DNA from: a candidate division FCPU426 bacterium
Lineage (GTDB): Bacteria > Oederibacteriota > PGYV01 > Palsa-1178
Assembly (NCBI GenBank): GCA_963840035.1
Contig: CAWIXE010000001.1
Coordinates: 96,001 to 160,000, forward strand
Direction of reading: 5' to 3'
DNA: 64,000 nucleotides
The translations under genes were made by a program, and so were the position numbers. Below the pieces are notes generated by a model that saw only the letters and a list, made by a program, of their open reading frames with translations, did not search any database and was not told the DNA's origin. Positions 25,923-34,614 of the stretch are shown here, piece by piece (positions within the stretch are counted from its first letter, which is position 1; the number at the start of each line of letters is the position of its first letter).

Positions 25923-28900
25923 TTATCTAATGATCATGAATACTTTTGTTGCCTTATAAATAACTCTGCCATTTGCTTTCAGGATCACCTTTGCAAGATA
26001 GCTCCCGTTTGCCATGCTTTTTGTGTCCAAATTACACGCACCGCTGGCATTGATAGTGTGTGTGAATCGCCGGATCAGTCTTAAGTTTACTGTGTAAATG
26101 TCTATCTCTGCCGTTTGCGCTGATAATGAATTCTTTATGGAAATAGAAAGCATATCTCCCCGGGAAGGAACTGGATAAATAACCACGCTGTCAGACTGGT
26201 ATTCAGACAATGACGTGGTTTTTGTTGCGGTTGGTGAAACAATTGGGGTTGACTGTTTTGTGACAGTCTGTGAAGGTGTACAAGTGGCTGTGCGTGTTTT
26301 AGACAGTGTCGCCGTGGGAGTTAATGATATAGTTCCTGACGCTGTAACAGTGATGGTCGCGGTTTTCGTGATAGTCAACGTCTTAGTAAATGTGATAGAC
26401 AAACTTGCGGTTATCGTTTCTGTAAAAGTACAGGTACCAGTTGATGTGCCTGTCTGGATGTTTGTAGCAGTAACTGTAGGCGACTCCGTTTCGGCCACAG
26501 TAGAGGATGCCGTTATCGTGAATGTTTGTGTTAGTGTTTCGGCAATTGTACAGGTTGGTGACATTGTCGGGGTACATGTCATTGTCATTGTTATGGTATT
26601 TGTTCCGGTCCATATCATTGTAGCCGATGAAGTTGCAGAAATTGAACTTGTAGGACTTGACGTTAAAGTCGTCGTTAATGTTTGTGTGCAAGTTTCTGTA
26701 GGAACTGAACATGTAACCGAAAAGCGGGATACCTGGAAATAGGAGTTTGAAAGTAAGGTAACGCAGGAACCGATAACTAATCTGCCCGCGCTATCAAGCA
26801 TCCCTGCCACTGAAACGGGGTTCTGCGTGCCATAGTCATCGTAAACACCTGTCCCGTTGAAGTTAAAGTCGGCATTTCCATCGCTGTTGAACCTATTTAT
26901 AAAATAATGGGTATTATTGCTTGAAGCGCCGTCCATGCCAAAAGCTGTTATCTGCGTTCCTGGTCCAGCGAAAATATTTGAAAAATAAAAATTATCCCCC
27001 GGCGTGGTTCCATAGGGACGGTTGTTGAATACATTATACCCACACCCATTGAATGAATAGTCAAGATTACCGTTATCAAGGAACCTCCAGACACAGGCAT
27101 ACCCGGATGACTGCGCCCCGGAAAGACCTGCGCTTCCCCCAACAAGAACTCTGCCTTCCATATCAACGCCCACTGAATATCCCAGGCTGCCCGTGACACC
27201 AGCTGTGTTTTCAAATGTAACGTAACCTTTTCCGTTAAATGAACCATCAATGGTCCCGTTATGGTTAAACCTCCAGACAGCCATAGAATTACCCTTTTTC
27301 CCGGTGACCAAGATCCTTCCGTTATTGTCTATTGAAGCTCCGTAAGCTGTCCCTATAGTCGGCATACCCTGTATGTTCGGCAGAATGAAACCACACCCAT
27401 TAAACGATGTGTCCAGCGTACCGTTCTGATTGAGCCTCCAGATAGTTACTACCGGGGCCCCACCATAAGTTGTGCTGTTTCCTGCAACTACTATTTTCCC
27501 GCCGCTGTCAAGGATTACCGCAACGGCATAATCGTCGCCACCAACTCCAGCGGTGTTCTTTATTACAAAATAACCCGTTCCGTTAAATGACGTGTCAAGT
27601 AAGCCTGTTGTGCCATACCTCCAAACCGCCATGCTATAATTAGAATATGAATTTGCGCTTTTTCCTGCAGCAATAACCCTCCCGGAACTATCAGTAGTAA
27701 CTGCTTTTGCTTCATCATACCAGTTCCCACCCCCGGCGTTATTATGGGTCACATACCCGGTACCGTTAAATGAAGTGTCAGGGCTGCCGTCAGGCTTTAT
27801 TTTCAAAATAATCATATCCATATTATTATAGGAAATACCCGCAGTAATAATATTTCCTGACATATCCGCCGCGCATGCCAGGAGCTTGCTGCTATTGTTA
27901 ATCATATATTCTTCCCTGCCGCCTGCGCCAAACGACCCGTCAGGATGTACGCAGCCTGTTGTAGGTGAAACTGCCGGCGTCTGAGTATTTGTTAGTGTTG
28001 GGGAATGTGTATAGGTAGTCGTCATTGTCCTGGTATCATCATCGGTTGCCGTCATTGTAAAAGTTGCCGAGATAGTCGGAGTCTGAGTGATTGACGGGGT
28101 AGGCTGGATGGTAAATGTTTCAGTCCTCGTTAACGTTATAGTAGGGGTACAGGTGCTTGTGTACCAGACAGAAAGACATGTAAATCTGGCGGCATTTATT
28201 CCTGAATTAGGGTCGTTCCATCCCATAAAAACTTCACCTGCTCCGGAAATGGCAAGCGATGACTCCCCATAAAGGCACGAATCACCTGCGCATAAGTTCA
28301 CATAATCTTTGCTGATACCGTGAATATCAGTCCATGTACTGCCATTAAGTTTTAAGTATTCAAGCCCGCCGCTGTCATTCCACGATATATGACATGTGCC
28401 GCCGCCATCAATATCAAGTTTTAATCCGGCGCATTCTCCCTGCACCGGATAAATTGCCGCTGATTCCATACCTGTTCCGTCAGAATCAACCCAATTGCTG
28501 CCGTTCCATCGGATGAAATAAATGGACTTCACCAAATGGCTGAGGTCCCACCCCTGCCACGCAATGCATGCGTTGCCGGTATTATCCAGGGCAAGTACCG
28601 GTTTTGAAGAAGAATTTGATATTACAGCAGAGATAAATTCGGATTCCTTGCCTGTCCCGTCAGCATCGACCCATTCACTGCCATTCCATTTTAAATATGA
28701 TATACCGGAAACAGCGTCGCACCAAACAACATGCGGCAGTCCTGTTCCATCACTCCGGATATACGGTTGGGACGAATCTGCTGAAATATCCGATATTATT
28801 TGGCTGCCGGACGTTATGCCATCCGCATTAGTCCAGGAATTACCATTCCACCTTATTATTGAAATAACATGGCTGGACTGCATGTCATCCCATACTATCC

Positions 28901-31307
28901 ACGGGAAATTATCAATATCAAGTGAAAATGCCACATTTTCAACAGCATCATAAATTGTGGCAGGGACTTCCATATCATTGATATCAATCCCGGTACAATC
29001 AACCCATCCGGCATCTTTCCCACGAAGATATTTTATACTCGGATAAAGATTATTTCCTGCCCAAACCACAGCCGGTTCACCTGTCGTTAGGTATTCAAGA
29101 CTGAACCCGCTCGAAAAGTCCTGCCCATATTCATAAATCACACTATTGCCTGAAGAGCCCCCAAAGCTGACCCAATTACTGCCATTCCAACCAAGATAAT
29201 TCAGAACACCTTTTTTATCCGGCCAAAGAAGGCCAGGATTTCCGTCGGGTCCGGACTTAATCTGAGGCGTATTAACAAATAAATTACTTTGCACCGCCAG
29301 TGTGCCGGATAAAGAAGTTCCGTGCATTCCCTCCCAACATGCTTCAAGCGGATTTGAAGGACAAATATCCGGGCATAAAACCATATATGCATCCATGGCA
29401 AAATAGCCTGATAAAGTGGCAGGCATTGACGTTGGAAAAACCCAATATGTGGACCCCATCCATAATCTGGAAGAATCCCCTGTGTTTCCCAAAACGATGT
29501 TCTTATATTCTAAAGCAAGCCAATAATTGCCTTTTGCAAGATGGGTGTCAGGAAACCTTATACTATTCCATCCAACAGATGCGGTTGTGCTGACTGAAAC
29601 AGCTATAAGGCTATCAGGTTGGTTGTTGTTATCACTGTAAATCCCGGCCTTGATAAAACCGGATCCTGAAATACCGCGTACCTCTATATCCGAAGTCGCG
29701 CTGTCCAGAGGCACAATAACCTTTTGGAGGGACATGTATGTAGACAACGAATACGGAGTGACAACGGGCGCCATTACACCCGCGACTTTCATACAAACGC
29801 AAGGCAGCGGAGTAGACGTACGGGTTGTTGTGGCTGTATACGATGTGGTTCTGGTGGGTGTCACCGTAAATGTCGGGGATATAGTAACTGTATTTGTTAT
29901 GGTCGGAGAGACCGACCAAGTCGGACTGATAGTCGGAGTGGCTGTGCTTGTTCCAGGTGGGTCTATCCATTTGACATAATGAATCCCGTCGTACGACTCC
30001 CATGCTATATGCGGGTTACCAAAGCTGTCAAGATCAAGCGAAGGGCCCCAGTTGTCGCACTGTAAAATAGAAATATTTGAGCCTTCAGTGCCCGTGCCGT
30101 CGGCATCGACCCAGGTGCCATTTTTAAGCCACATATAATAAATAGCATAATTACCATCCGGATTCGCACACCAGGCAATGTGTGGGTTGCCGTAACTATC
30201 AGCCTTGATTGCAATCCTATCAATACCTAACTGCGGTAAATACAAAATCTGCATTGATTCCTGGCCGGTTCCATCACCATCAACCCATTCACTGCCATTC
30301 CATTTCAGGAAGTTCATTCTCCTGGGATACGGTAAAACGTTTGAAATCTCGGTCCATAATACCATCGGCCTGTCCTGGGAATCAAAGGCAAGTTTACCCT
30401 GATCCGGACCATAAACTGCAGATTGTATAATTATTTTACCGGTTACTGCTGCAGAAATTGTTGCTCCTGACGCGTCAACCCATGCGCTCCCGCTCCATTT
30501 ATAATAATATAGATTCCCCATATACATGAATACCAGCCCGGGTTTTCCCTGTGAGTCAGCTACCATGTCCAGATTGAAAGCATTTGCGGCCTTAATCTGG
30601 CTGATTCCAGAGCCGGTGATATCCGTCCATGACGTACCGTTCCATTTTATATAATCCAGATCGAAATTCTCAAAATATGCTATATTTGGCCTGCCTCCCG
30701 AGTCAAGGAACATGGGGCACAGTGCGACATTTGACCATCCTGACGCACTGATGGTATTAGTCAGCCGTGCGGATTCTATTCCTGACCCATCAACATCAAC
30801 CCATGTTCCTCCGTCCCATTTCATAAAAAAAAGTTCAAAGTTGTATTGGTTGTCGATTTGCTGGGTATATGTTACATTTGGATGTCCATTCGCGTCAAAT
30901 TTAATGCTACCCGCCTCAATATAATAAGTGCTGTCCATTAATTTATAACCGGTCGTTCCCCCATTGATATCCACCCAGGATGCGCCATCCCATTTTTTAT
31001 AATACATCGAGTACGTGGGGCTCGTAGAACGTGAGAACATGATATTTGCATTATCTGCCTGGTCAAGTTCCAACACGGGAACAAAATCCGGGTTCATCAC
31101 AGTCTGGTCAACAAGTTCCTGGCTGCGGAATGAACCGTATGCGTCCACCCATATGGCGTTTAATCCGGGTATAAATGTGAGGATTAGAAAAAATTGGAAA
31201 ATAACTTTGATGATTCCTCGAGTCAGGTAAGAAGCAGGCACCCAAAGCCTCCCTTTGCATATCGTCATGTTCCCCATATTAGAATATAATAACACCAAAA
31301 ACTGCAA
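25923..31307 (-). CDS. Large secreted multi-propeller protein with delta-60-like repeats, Thr/Pro linkers and a T9SS-like C-terminal domain (start uncertain)
   Basis: Repeats of KW(N/D)GxxWVDxDG; LDTSFNGTG repeats; C-terminus VIYPVP..IDIYTVNLRLI..MANGSYLAKV..FMIIR; AT-richer codons. Confidence 0.85.
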   Translation of the reverse strand: MQFLVLLYSNMGNMTICKGRLWVPASYLTRGIIKVIFQFFLILTFIPGLNAIWVDAYGSFRSQELVDQTVMNPDFVPVLELDQADNANIMFSRSTSPTYSMYYKKWDGASWVDINGGTTGYKLMDSTYYIEAGSIKFDANGHPNVTYTQQIDNQYNFELFFMKWDGGTWVDVDGSGIESARLTNTISASGWSNVALCPMFLDSGGRPNIAYFENFDLDYIKWNGTSWTDITGSGISQIKAANAFNLDMVADSQGKPGLVFMYMGNLYYYKWSGSAWVDASGATISAAVTGKIIIQSAVYGPDQGKLAFDSQDRPMVLWTEISNVLPYPRRMNFLKWNGSEWVDGDGTGQESMQILYLPQLGIDRIAIKADSYGNPHIAWCANPDGNYAIYYMWLKNGTWVDADGTGTEGSNISILQCDNWGPSLDLDSFGNPHIAWESYDGIHYVKWIDPPGTSTATPTISPTWSVSPTITNTVTISPTFTVTPTRTTSYTATTTRTSTPLPCVCMKVAGVMAPVVTPYSLSTYMSLQKVIVPLDSATSDIEVRGISGSGFIKAGIYSDNNNQPDSLIAVSVSTTASVGWNSIRFPDTHLAKGNYWLALEYKNIVLGNTGDSSRLWMGSTYWVFPTSMPATLSGYFAMDAYMVLCPDICPSNPLEACWEGMHGTSLSGTLAVQSNLFVNTPQIKSGPDGNPGLLWPDKKGVLNYLGWNGSNWVSFGGSSGNSVIYEYGQDFSSGFSLEYLTTGEPAVVWAGNNLYPSIKYLRGKDAGWVDCTGIDINDMEVPATIYDAVENVAFSLDIDNFPWIVWDDMQSSHVISIIRWNGNSWTNADGITSGSQIISDISADSSQPYIRSDGTGLPHVVWCDAVSGISYLKWNGSEWVDADGTGKESEFISAVISNSSSKPVLALDNTGNACIAWQGWDLSHLVKSIYFIRWNGSNWVDSDGTGMESAAIYPVQGECAGLKLDIDGGGTCHISWNDSGGLEYLKLNGSTWTDIHGISKDYVNLCAGDSCLYGESSLAISGAGEVFMGWNDPNSGINAARFTCLSVWYTSTCTPTITLTRTETFTIQPTPSITQTPTISATFTMTATDDDTRTMTTTYTHSPTLTNTQTPAVSPTTGCVHPDGSFGAGGREEYMINNSSKLLACAADMSGNIITAGISYNNMDMIILKIKPDGSPDTSFNGTGYVTHNNAGGGNWYDEAKAVTTDSSGRVIAAGKSANSYSNYSMAVWRYGTTGLLDTSFNGTGYFVIKNTAGVGGDDYAVAVILDSGGKIVVAGNSTTYGGAPVVTIWRLNQNGTLDTSFNGCGFILPNIQGMPTIGTAYGASIDNNGRILVTGKKGNSMAVWRFNHNGTIDGSFNGKGYVTFENTAGVTGSLGYSVGVDMEGRVLVGGSAGLSGAQSSGYACVWRFLDNGNLDYSFNGCGYNVFNNRPYGTTPGDNFYFSNIFAGPGTQITAFGMDGASSNNTHYFINRFNSDGNADFNFNGTGVYDDYGTQNPVSVAGMLDSAGRLVIGSCVTLLSNSYFQVSRFSVTCSVPTETCTQTLTTTLTSSPTSSISATSSATMIWTGTNTITMTMTCTPTMSPTCTIAETLTQTFTITASSTVAETESPTVTATNIQTGTSTGTCTFTETITASLSITFTKTLTITKTATITVTASGTISLTPTATLSKTRTATCTPSQTVTKQSTPIVSPTATKTTSLSEYQSDSVVIYPVPSRGDMLSISIKNSLSAQTAEIDIYTVNLRLIRRFTHTINASGACNLDTKSMANGSYLAKVILKANGRVIYKATKVFMIIR

Positions 31308-31357
31308 AAATCAATTGCTTGGTGGCAATATTACTTGGTGGCAATAAATGTGCCTGT

Positions 31358-31386
31358 AAAAAAAAAGGCGGCCTTTCAGCCGCCTA
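31358..31386 (-). terminator. ftsK intrinsic terminator
   Basis: AGGCGGC-TGAAAG-GCCGCCT followed by a T tract on the minus strand. Confidence 0.75.
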
Positions 31387-31420
31387 TATATGTTTTTGGA
31401 ACCTTAGACCACGAGCGATT

Positions 31421-33778
31421 CTACTCGCCTTTCCACTCCCTCGGTTTATTCCCGTCCGCGGAGGTTATAAGCCCTTTTTCTTCCATCATATCTATGACCC
31501 TGGCAGCCCTTGAGTAGCCTATGCCTAACTTCCTCTGGAGGAATGAAGTGGATATCTTTCCTTTTTCGCGCGCCAGATCCAGCGCCCTCTTATACATATC
31601 CGGGTCCATGTCGTCATCGTCGGAAAAACCCGAACCCGTGGGCATTTCATCGTCTTTAATGTCAAACTCATCCGAGTAGACTGCCTTGCGCTGTTTTTTG
31701 ATAAATGAAACTATTTTAGGTATCTCATCCCTGACAAAAGCGGCCTGGCCCCTGGTGGGCTTTACCATGTTCGCGGGATTATATAGCATATCGCCTTTTC
31801 CCAGCAGCGCCTCGGCGCCTTTGGTGTCCATGATTGTGCGCGAGTCTATCTGTGACTTTACCTTGAAAGCTATCCTTGAAGGGAAGTTCGCCTTGATTAC
31901 GCCGGTGATGACATCCACCGAGGGCCTCTGAGTGGCTATGATGATGTGTATGCCGACCGCGCGGGCAAGCTGCGCGAGCCTCTGCAGCGATTCTTCCACG
32001 CTCGCCTTTGCCATGGTCATTAAGTCCGCAAGCTCGTCTATGATGAGCACAATGAAAGGAAGCGACTTTTTATAATCCTCAGGCTGGACATCCGGGTCCT
32101 TTCTTATCTCCTCGTTAAATTCCGCGACTTTCCTGTTGTATATCTCAATATTCTGCGCCCCTTCCTCGGAGAGCAGGTCGTACCTGGACTTCATCTCGTT
32201 AACCAGCCTTTTTAGGACATACGCGGCATGCTTCGGGTCCGTAATGACAGGTGCGATAAGGTGCGGCATGTCGTTATACTGGGTAAGCTCGACTTTTTTC
32301 GGGTCGACTAAAAGCATTTTCACTTCATCCGGCGAGGCTTTGAATAAGATGGACATAATTATGGAATTTATGCACACAGACTTTCCCGACCCCGTGGAAC
32401 CGGCTATCATGAGGTGAGGCATGTCCTCCAGTTTGGCTATGATGGGTTTGCCGGATAAATCCCTGCCAATGGCAAGGGTCAACAGCGAATTGGATGAAGT
32501 GAATTGTTCATCTTCTATAAGTTCCTTAAGGTAAATGGTCTTTTTGTCCGACTTCGGCACTTCAATGCCAAGCAGCGACTTTCCCGGGACCGGCGCAACC
32601 CTGACCATCTCAACCTGCATGGCCATGGCAATGTCGGCGGACAGGTTCTCTATCTTTGCCACTTTCACGCCTGTTGCCAGTTCCAGGTCGAAGCGGGAAA
32701 TAACAGGGCCGTCCACGACATTTATAATCTCAACCTCTATGCCGAAGTTTGAAAGCGTCTTTTTTAATTTTTCCGCGTCCGAAGCATAATCATATTCCTT
32801 TTCGGCCACGGCCGGTTTTTCCGATTTTAAAAGCGACGTGGGAGGCAGCGTGTAATCGCCTTTCATGATGACAGCCTGCGTCGCGGCCGATTTTTTTACG
32901 TGGTCTTCCTGCTTTGTTATGGTAAGTTTTTCTTTTTTCTTGGGTTTTACTTCCTCAGTTTCCTCTTCTTCATCATCTTCCTTTTTTTTATCCTTCGATT
33001 TATCCGCCGGCTTATCCTTGTTTTTATCTTTACTCTTATTTTTTTCCTCTTCCTTTTCCTTGCCCTTAATCTTTCCCTTTTCTTCCTTGACCTTTGCCGC
33101 TGTTTCCTTTATGGAGCCGAAAAGCGTAACGCCTATTGAAGAAAGACCCTTCCATATGGCCGAGCCGCCTGCCGAAGCTATCTGCCAGACTGCTATCAGA
33201 AGTTTTTCCTTGCCTAAAAGCACCAGTGAGAGCGCCATCAAGAGGAACGAGACGATGTAAGCGCCGACCACGTTAAATACCTGGGTTAAGAACTTTGCCG
33301 TAAATTCGCCGATGATGCCGCCCGTAAAAAATATGGCGTCCTTGTCAAAAATGCGCAGATAAGCCGGAACCCCTGCCCAGAACTCCTTCATTGATTTTCC
33401 GTAGAAAGCGTCCACCCTGGCAAGTTTAAATATCTCATTTTCCGTGGTGTTGAATATTAGGGCGGCGAGCATGGATACTGAGACGGCGAGTATTGCAAAA
33501 CCCGTGAGTATTCCCGCCTCATTATGTATATGGTCCTTTTTCATCATGTTTAAACCGAAAAAACCGATTATAAAAGGGACAATTACTGCTGTTTTGCCTA
33601 TGATTAAGTATAAAGACCTGGAAATGACCTCGCCGAAGGGCCCGAGGATGTTCTTATCCTTTACTGTAAGGAAAGAAACGAATACAAGGCCTGCTATAAT
33701 AAGGTAGCCAATGCCTGTGAAAACGTCATCGTCTTTGCCCTTTTTAGCGGCTGTTTTTGCTCCGGATTTTTTAGCCAA
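31421..33778 (-). CDS. ftsK: DNA translocase FtsK/SpoIIIE
   Basis: N-terminal TMs; PHLMIAGSTGSGKS; IIDELADLM; ATQRPSVDVITG; gamma domain LQRKLGIGYSRAAR. Confidence 0.96.
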   Translation of the reverse strand: MAKKSGAKTAAKKGKDDDVFTGIGYLIIAGLVFVSFLTVKDKNILGPFGEVISRSLYLIIGKTAVIVPFIIGFFGLNMMKKDHIHNEAGILTGFAILAVSVSMLAALIFNTTENEIFKLARVDAFYGKSMKEFWAGVPAYLRIFDKDAIFFTGGIIGEFTAKFLTQVFNVVGAYIVSFLLMALSLVLLGKEKLLIAVWQIASAGGSAIWKGLSSIGVTLFGSIKETAAKVKEEKGKIKGKEKEEEKNKSKDKNKDKPADKSKDKKKEDDEEEETEEVKPKKKEKLTITKQEDHVKKSAATQAVIMKGDYTLPPTSLLKSEKPAVAEKEYDYASDAEKLKKTLSNFGIEVEIINVVDGPVISRFDLELATGVKVAKIENLSADIAMAMQVEMVRVAPVPGKSLLGIEVPKSDKKTIYLKELIEDEQFTSSNSLLTLAIGRDLSGKPIIAKLEDMPHLMIAGSTGSGKSVCINSIIMSILFKASPDEVKMLLVDPKKVELTQYNDMPHLIAPVITDPKHAAYVLKRLVNEMKSRYDLLSEEGAQNIEIYNRKVAEFNEEIRKDPDVQPEDYKKSLPFIVLIIDELADLMTMAKASVEESLQRLAQLARAVGIHIIIATQRPSVDVITGVIKANFPSRIAFKVKSQIDSRTIMDTKGAEALLGKGDMLYNPANMVKPTRGQAAFVRDEIPKIVSFIKKQRKAVYSDEFDIKDDEMPTGSGFSDDDDMDPDMYKRALDLAREKGKISTSFLQRKLGIGYSRAARVIDMMEEKGLITSADGNKPREWKGE

Positions 33779-33879
33779 TTTTGTCTCCTGGTTGTTTTTA
33801 TGATTATATTATAATTGCGGGTAAATTCAATGTAAATCTTGAGAACCTTGGTCCAAGATCTAAAAGAGCATGTATATGT

Positions 33880-34096
33880 AATCCCACTCGTCCTCGCGCG
33901 AGCGCGAGGACTGGACCGGGGATTACGAGTCAGTAAATTTTCGCGCCCTTGCGTTATGTAACCTGGATCCCATTGTATAGTGTCCTCGCAGGCTCGGACG
34001 CCGATCCCCCTCGTCATCGCGCTGAAGCGCGATGACTTGATCGGGGATTAAGAGCCCGTAAATTTTCGCGCCTTCCAGCGAAAATTAACGGGCTCT
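33880..34096. repeat. Tandem pair of composite palindromes (CGTC-REP-like)
   Basis: ATCCCNCTCGTC[hairpin]GACTKGAYCGGGGATTAMGAG..GTAAATTTTCGCGCC occurs twice. Confidence 0.7.
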
Positions 34097-34100
34097 AAAC

Positions 34101-34139
34101 AAAAACAACGTGGAACCCAAAAAAGCTCCACGTTGTTTT
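34101..34139 (-). terminator. Intrinsic terminator of the small-peptide transcript
   Basis: AAAACAACGTGGA..TCCACGTTGTTTT stem. Confidence 0.75.
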
Positions 34140-34176
34140 GATGTTACCCCTTTTGCTAGTTCCAATAAAAGAGTAC

Positions 34177-34215
34177 TTATTTTTTTTTCTTCTTTGCTGC
34201 TTTTTTCTTTGCCAT
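34177..34215 (-). CDS. 12-aa basic micro-peptide MAKKKAAKKKKK
   Basis: AAAGGGGGG RBS 8 nt before ATG; own promoter and terminator. Confidence 0.6.
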   Translation of the reverse strand: MAKKKAAKKKKK

Positions 34216-34310
34216 TTGGATATCCCCCCTTTCAGTTTGAGAGATCTTTTTGTGAAGCTATTTGACTGCTTTCTGTATCTTGTGTCTGTCAATTTCCTCG
34301 AACTCTACAT

Positions 34311-34340
34311 ATAGTATATATATTAAAGTTTTTTTGTCAA
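34311..34340 (-). promoter_or_regulatory. Sigma70 promoter TTGACA-N16-TATACT (or N18-TACTAT)
   Basis: Consensus -35 and near-consensus -10 boxes. Confidence 0.7.
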
Positions 34341-34487
34341 TGATTTTATTGGTCAATACGGGTGTTTATAGGCATTTTTAACGTTTTTTTGCTTGTTTTT
34401 TTCGTTTTTTGCCTGTTTTCAAAGAATTCTATTGACTTTTTTTCCACATATTATGCACAGTAAGGTTGGACTAACATTGTTAAGGCA

Positions 34488-34614
34488 TTTTCAATTTTGT
34501 ATTTTCAATTTTCAATTAATATCAAAAACATCAGCGCACATAAATAAAAAGACGCGGCTTTTACCGCGTCCTTTTATTTAATTGAAAATATAAAATTTAA
34601 AATAGAAAATTGTT
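34488..34614. repeat. Inverted heptamer-repeat element enclosing a terminator hairpin (34547-34575)
   Basis: TTTTCAA / TTGAAAA arms around GACGCGG-CTTTTA-CCGCGTC. Confidence 0.75.

Noticed and set aside
26215..30065. Val-rich plus-strand ORFs (also 2794-3147 and many other antisense ORFs)
   Set aside because: Antisense shadows of Thr/Pro linkers and of well-supported genes
10420..31576. Duplicated gene 3' ends as DGR template/variable repeats
   Set aside because: Mismatches are mostly synonymous and not adenine-specific; no reverse transcriptase in the window
34095..34292. 65-aa ORF over the micro-peptide locus
   Set aside because: TTG start, runs through the terminator; the strong RBS points to the ATG at 34215 in another frame
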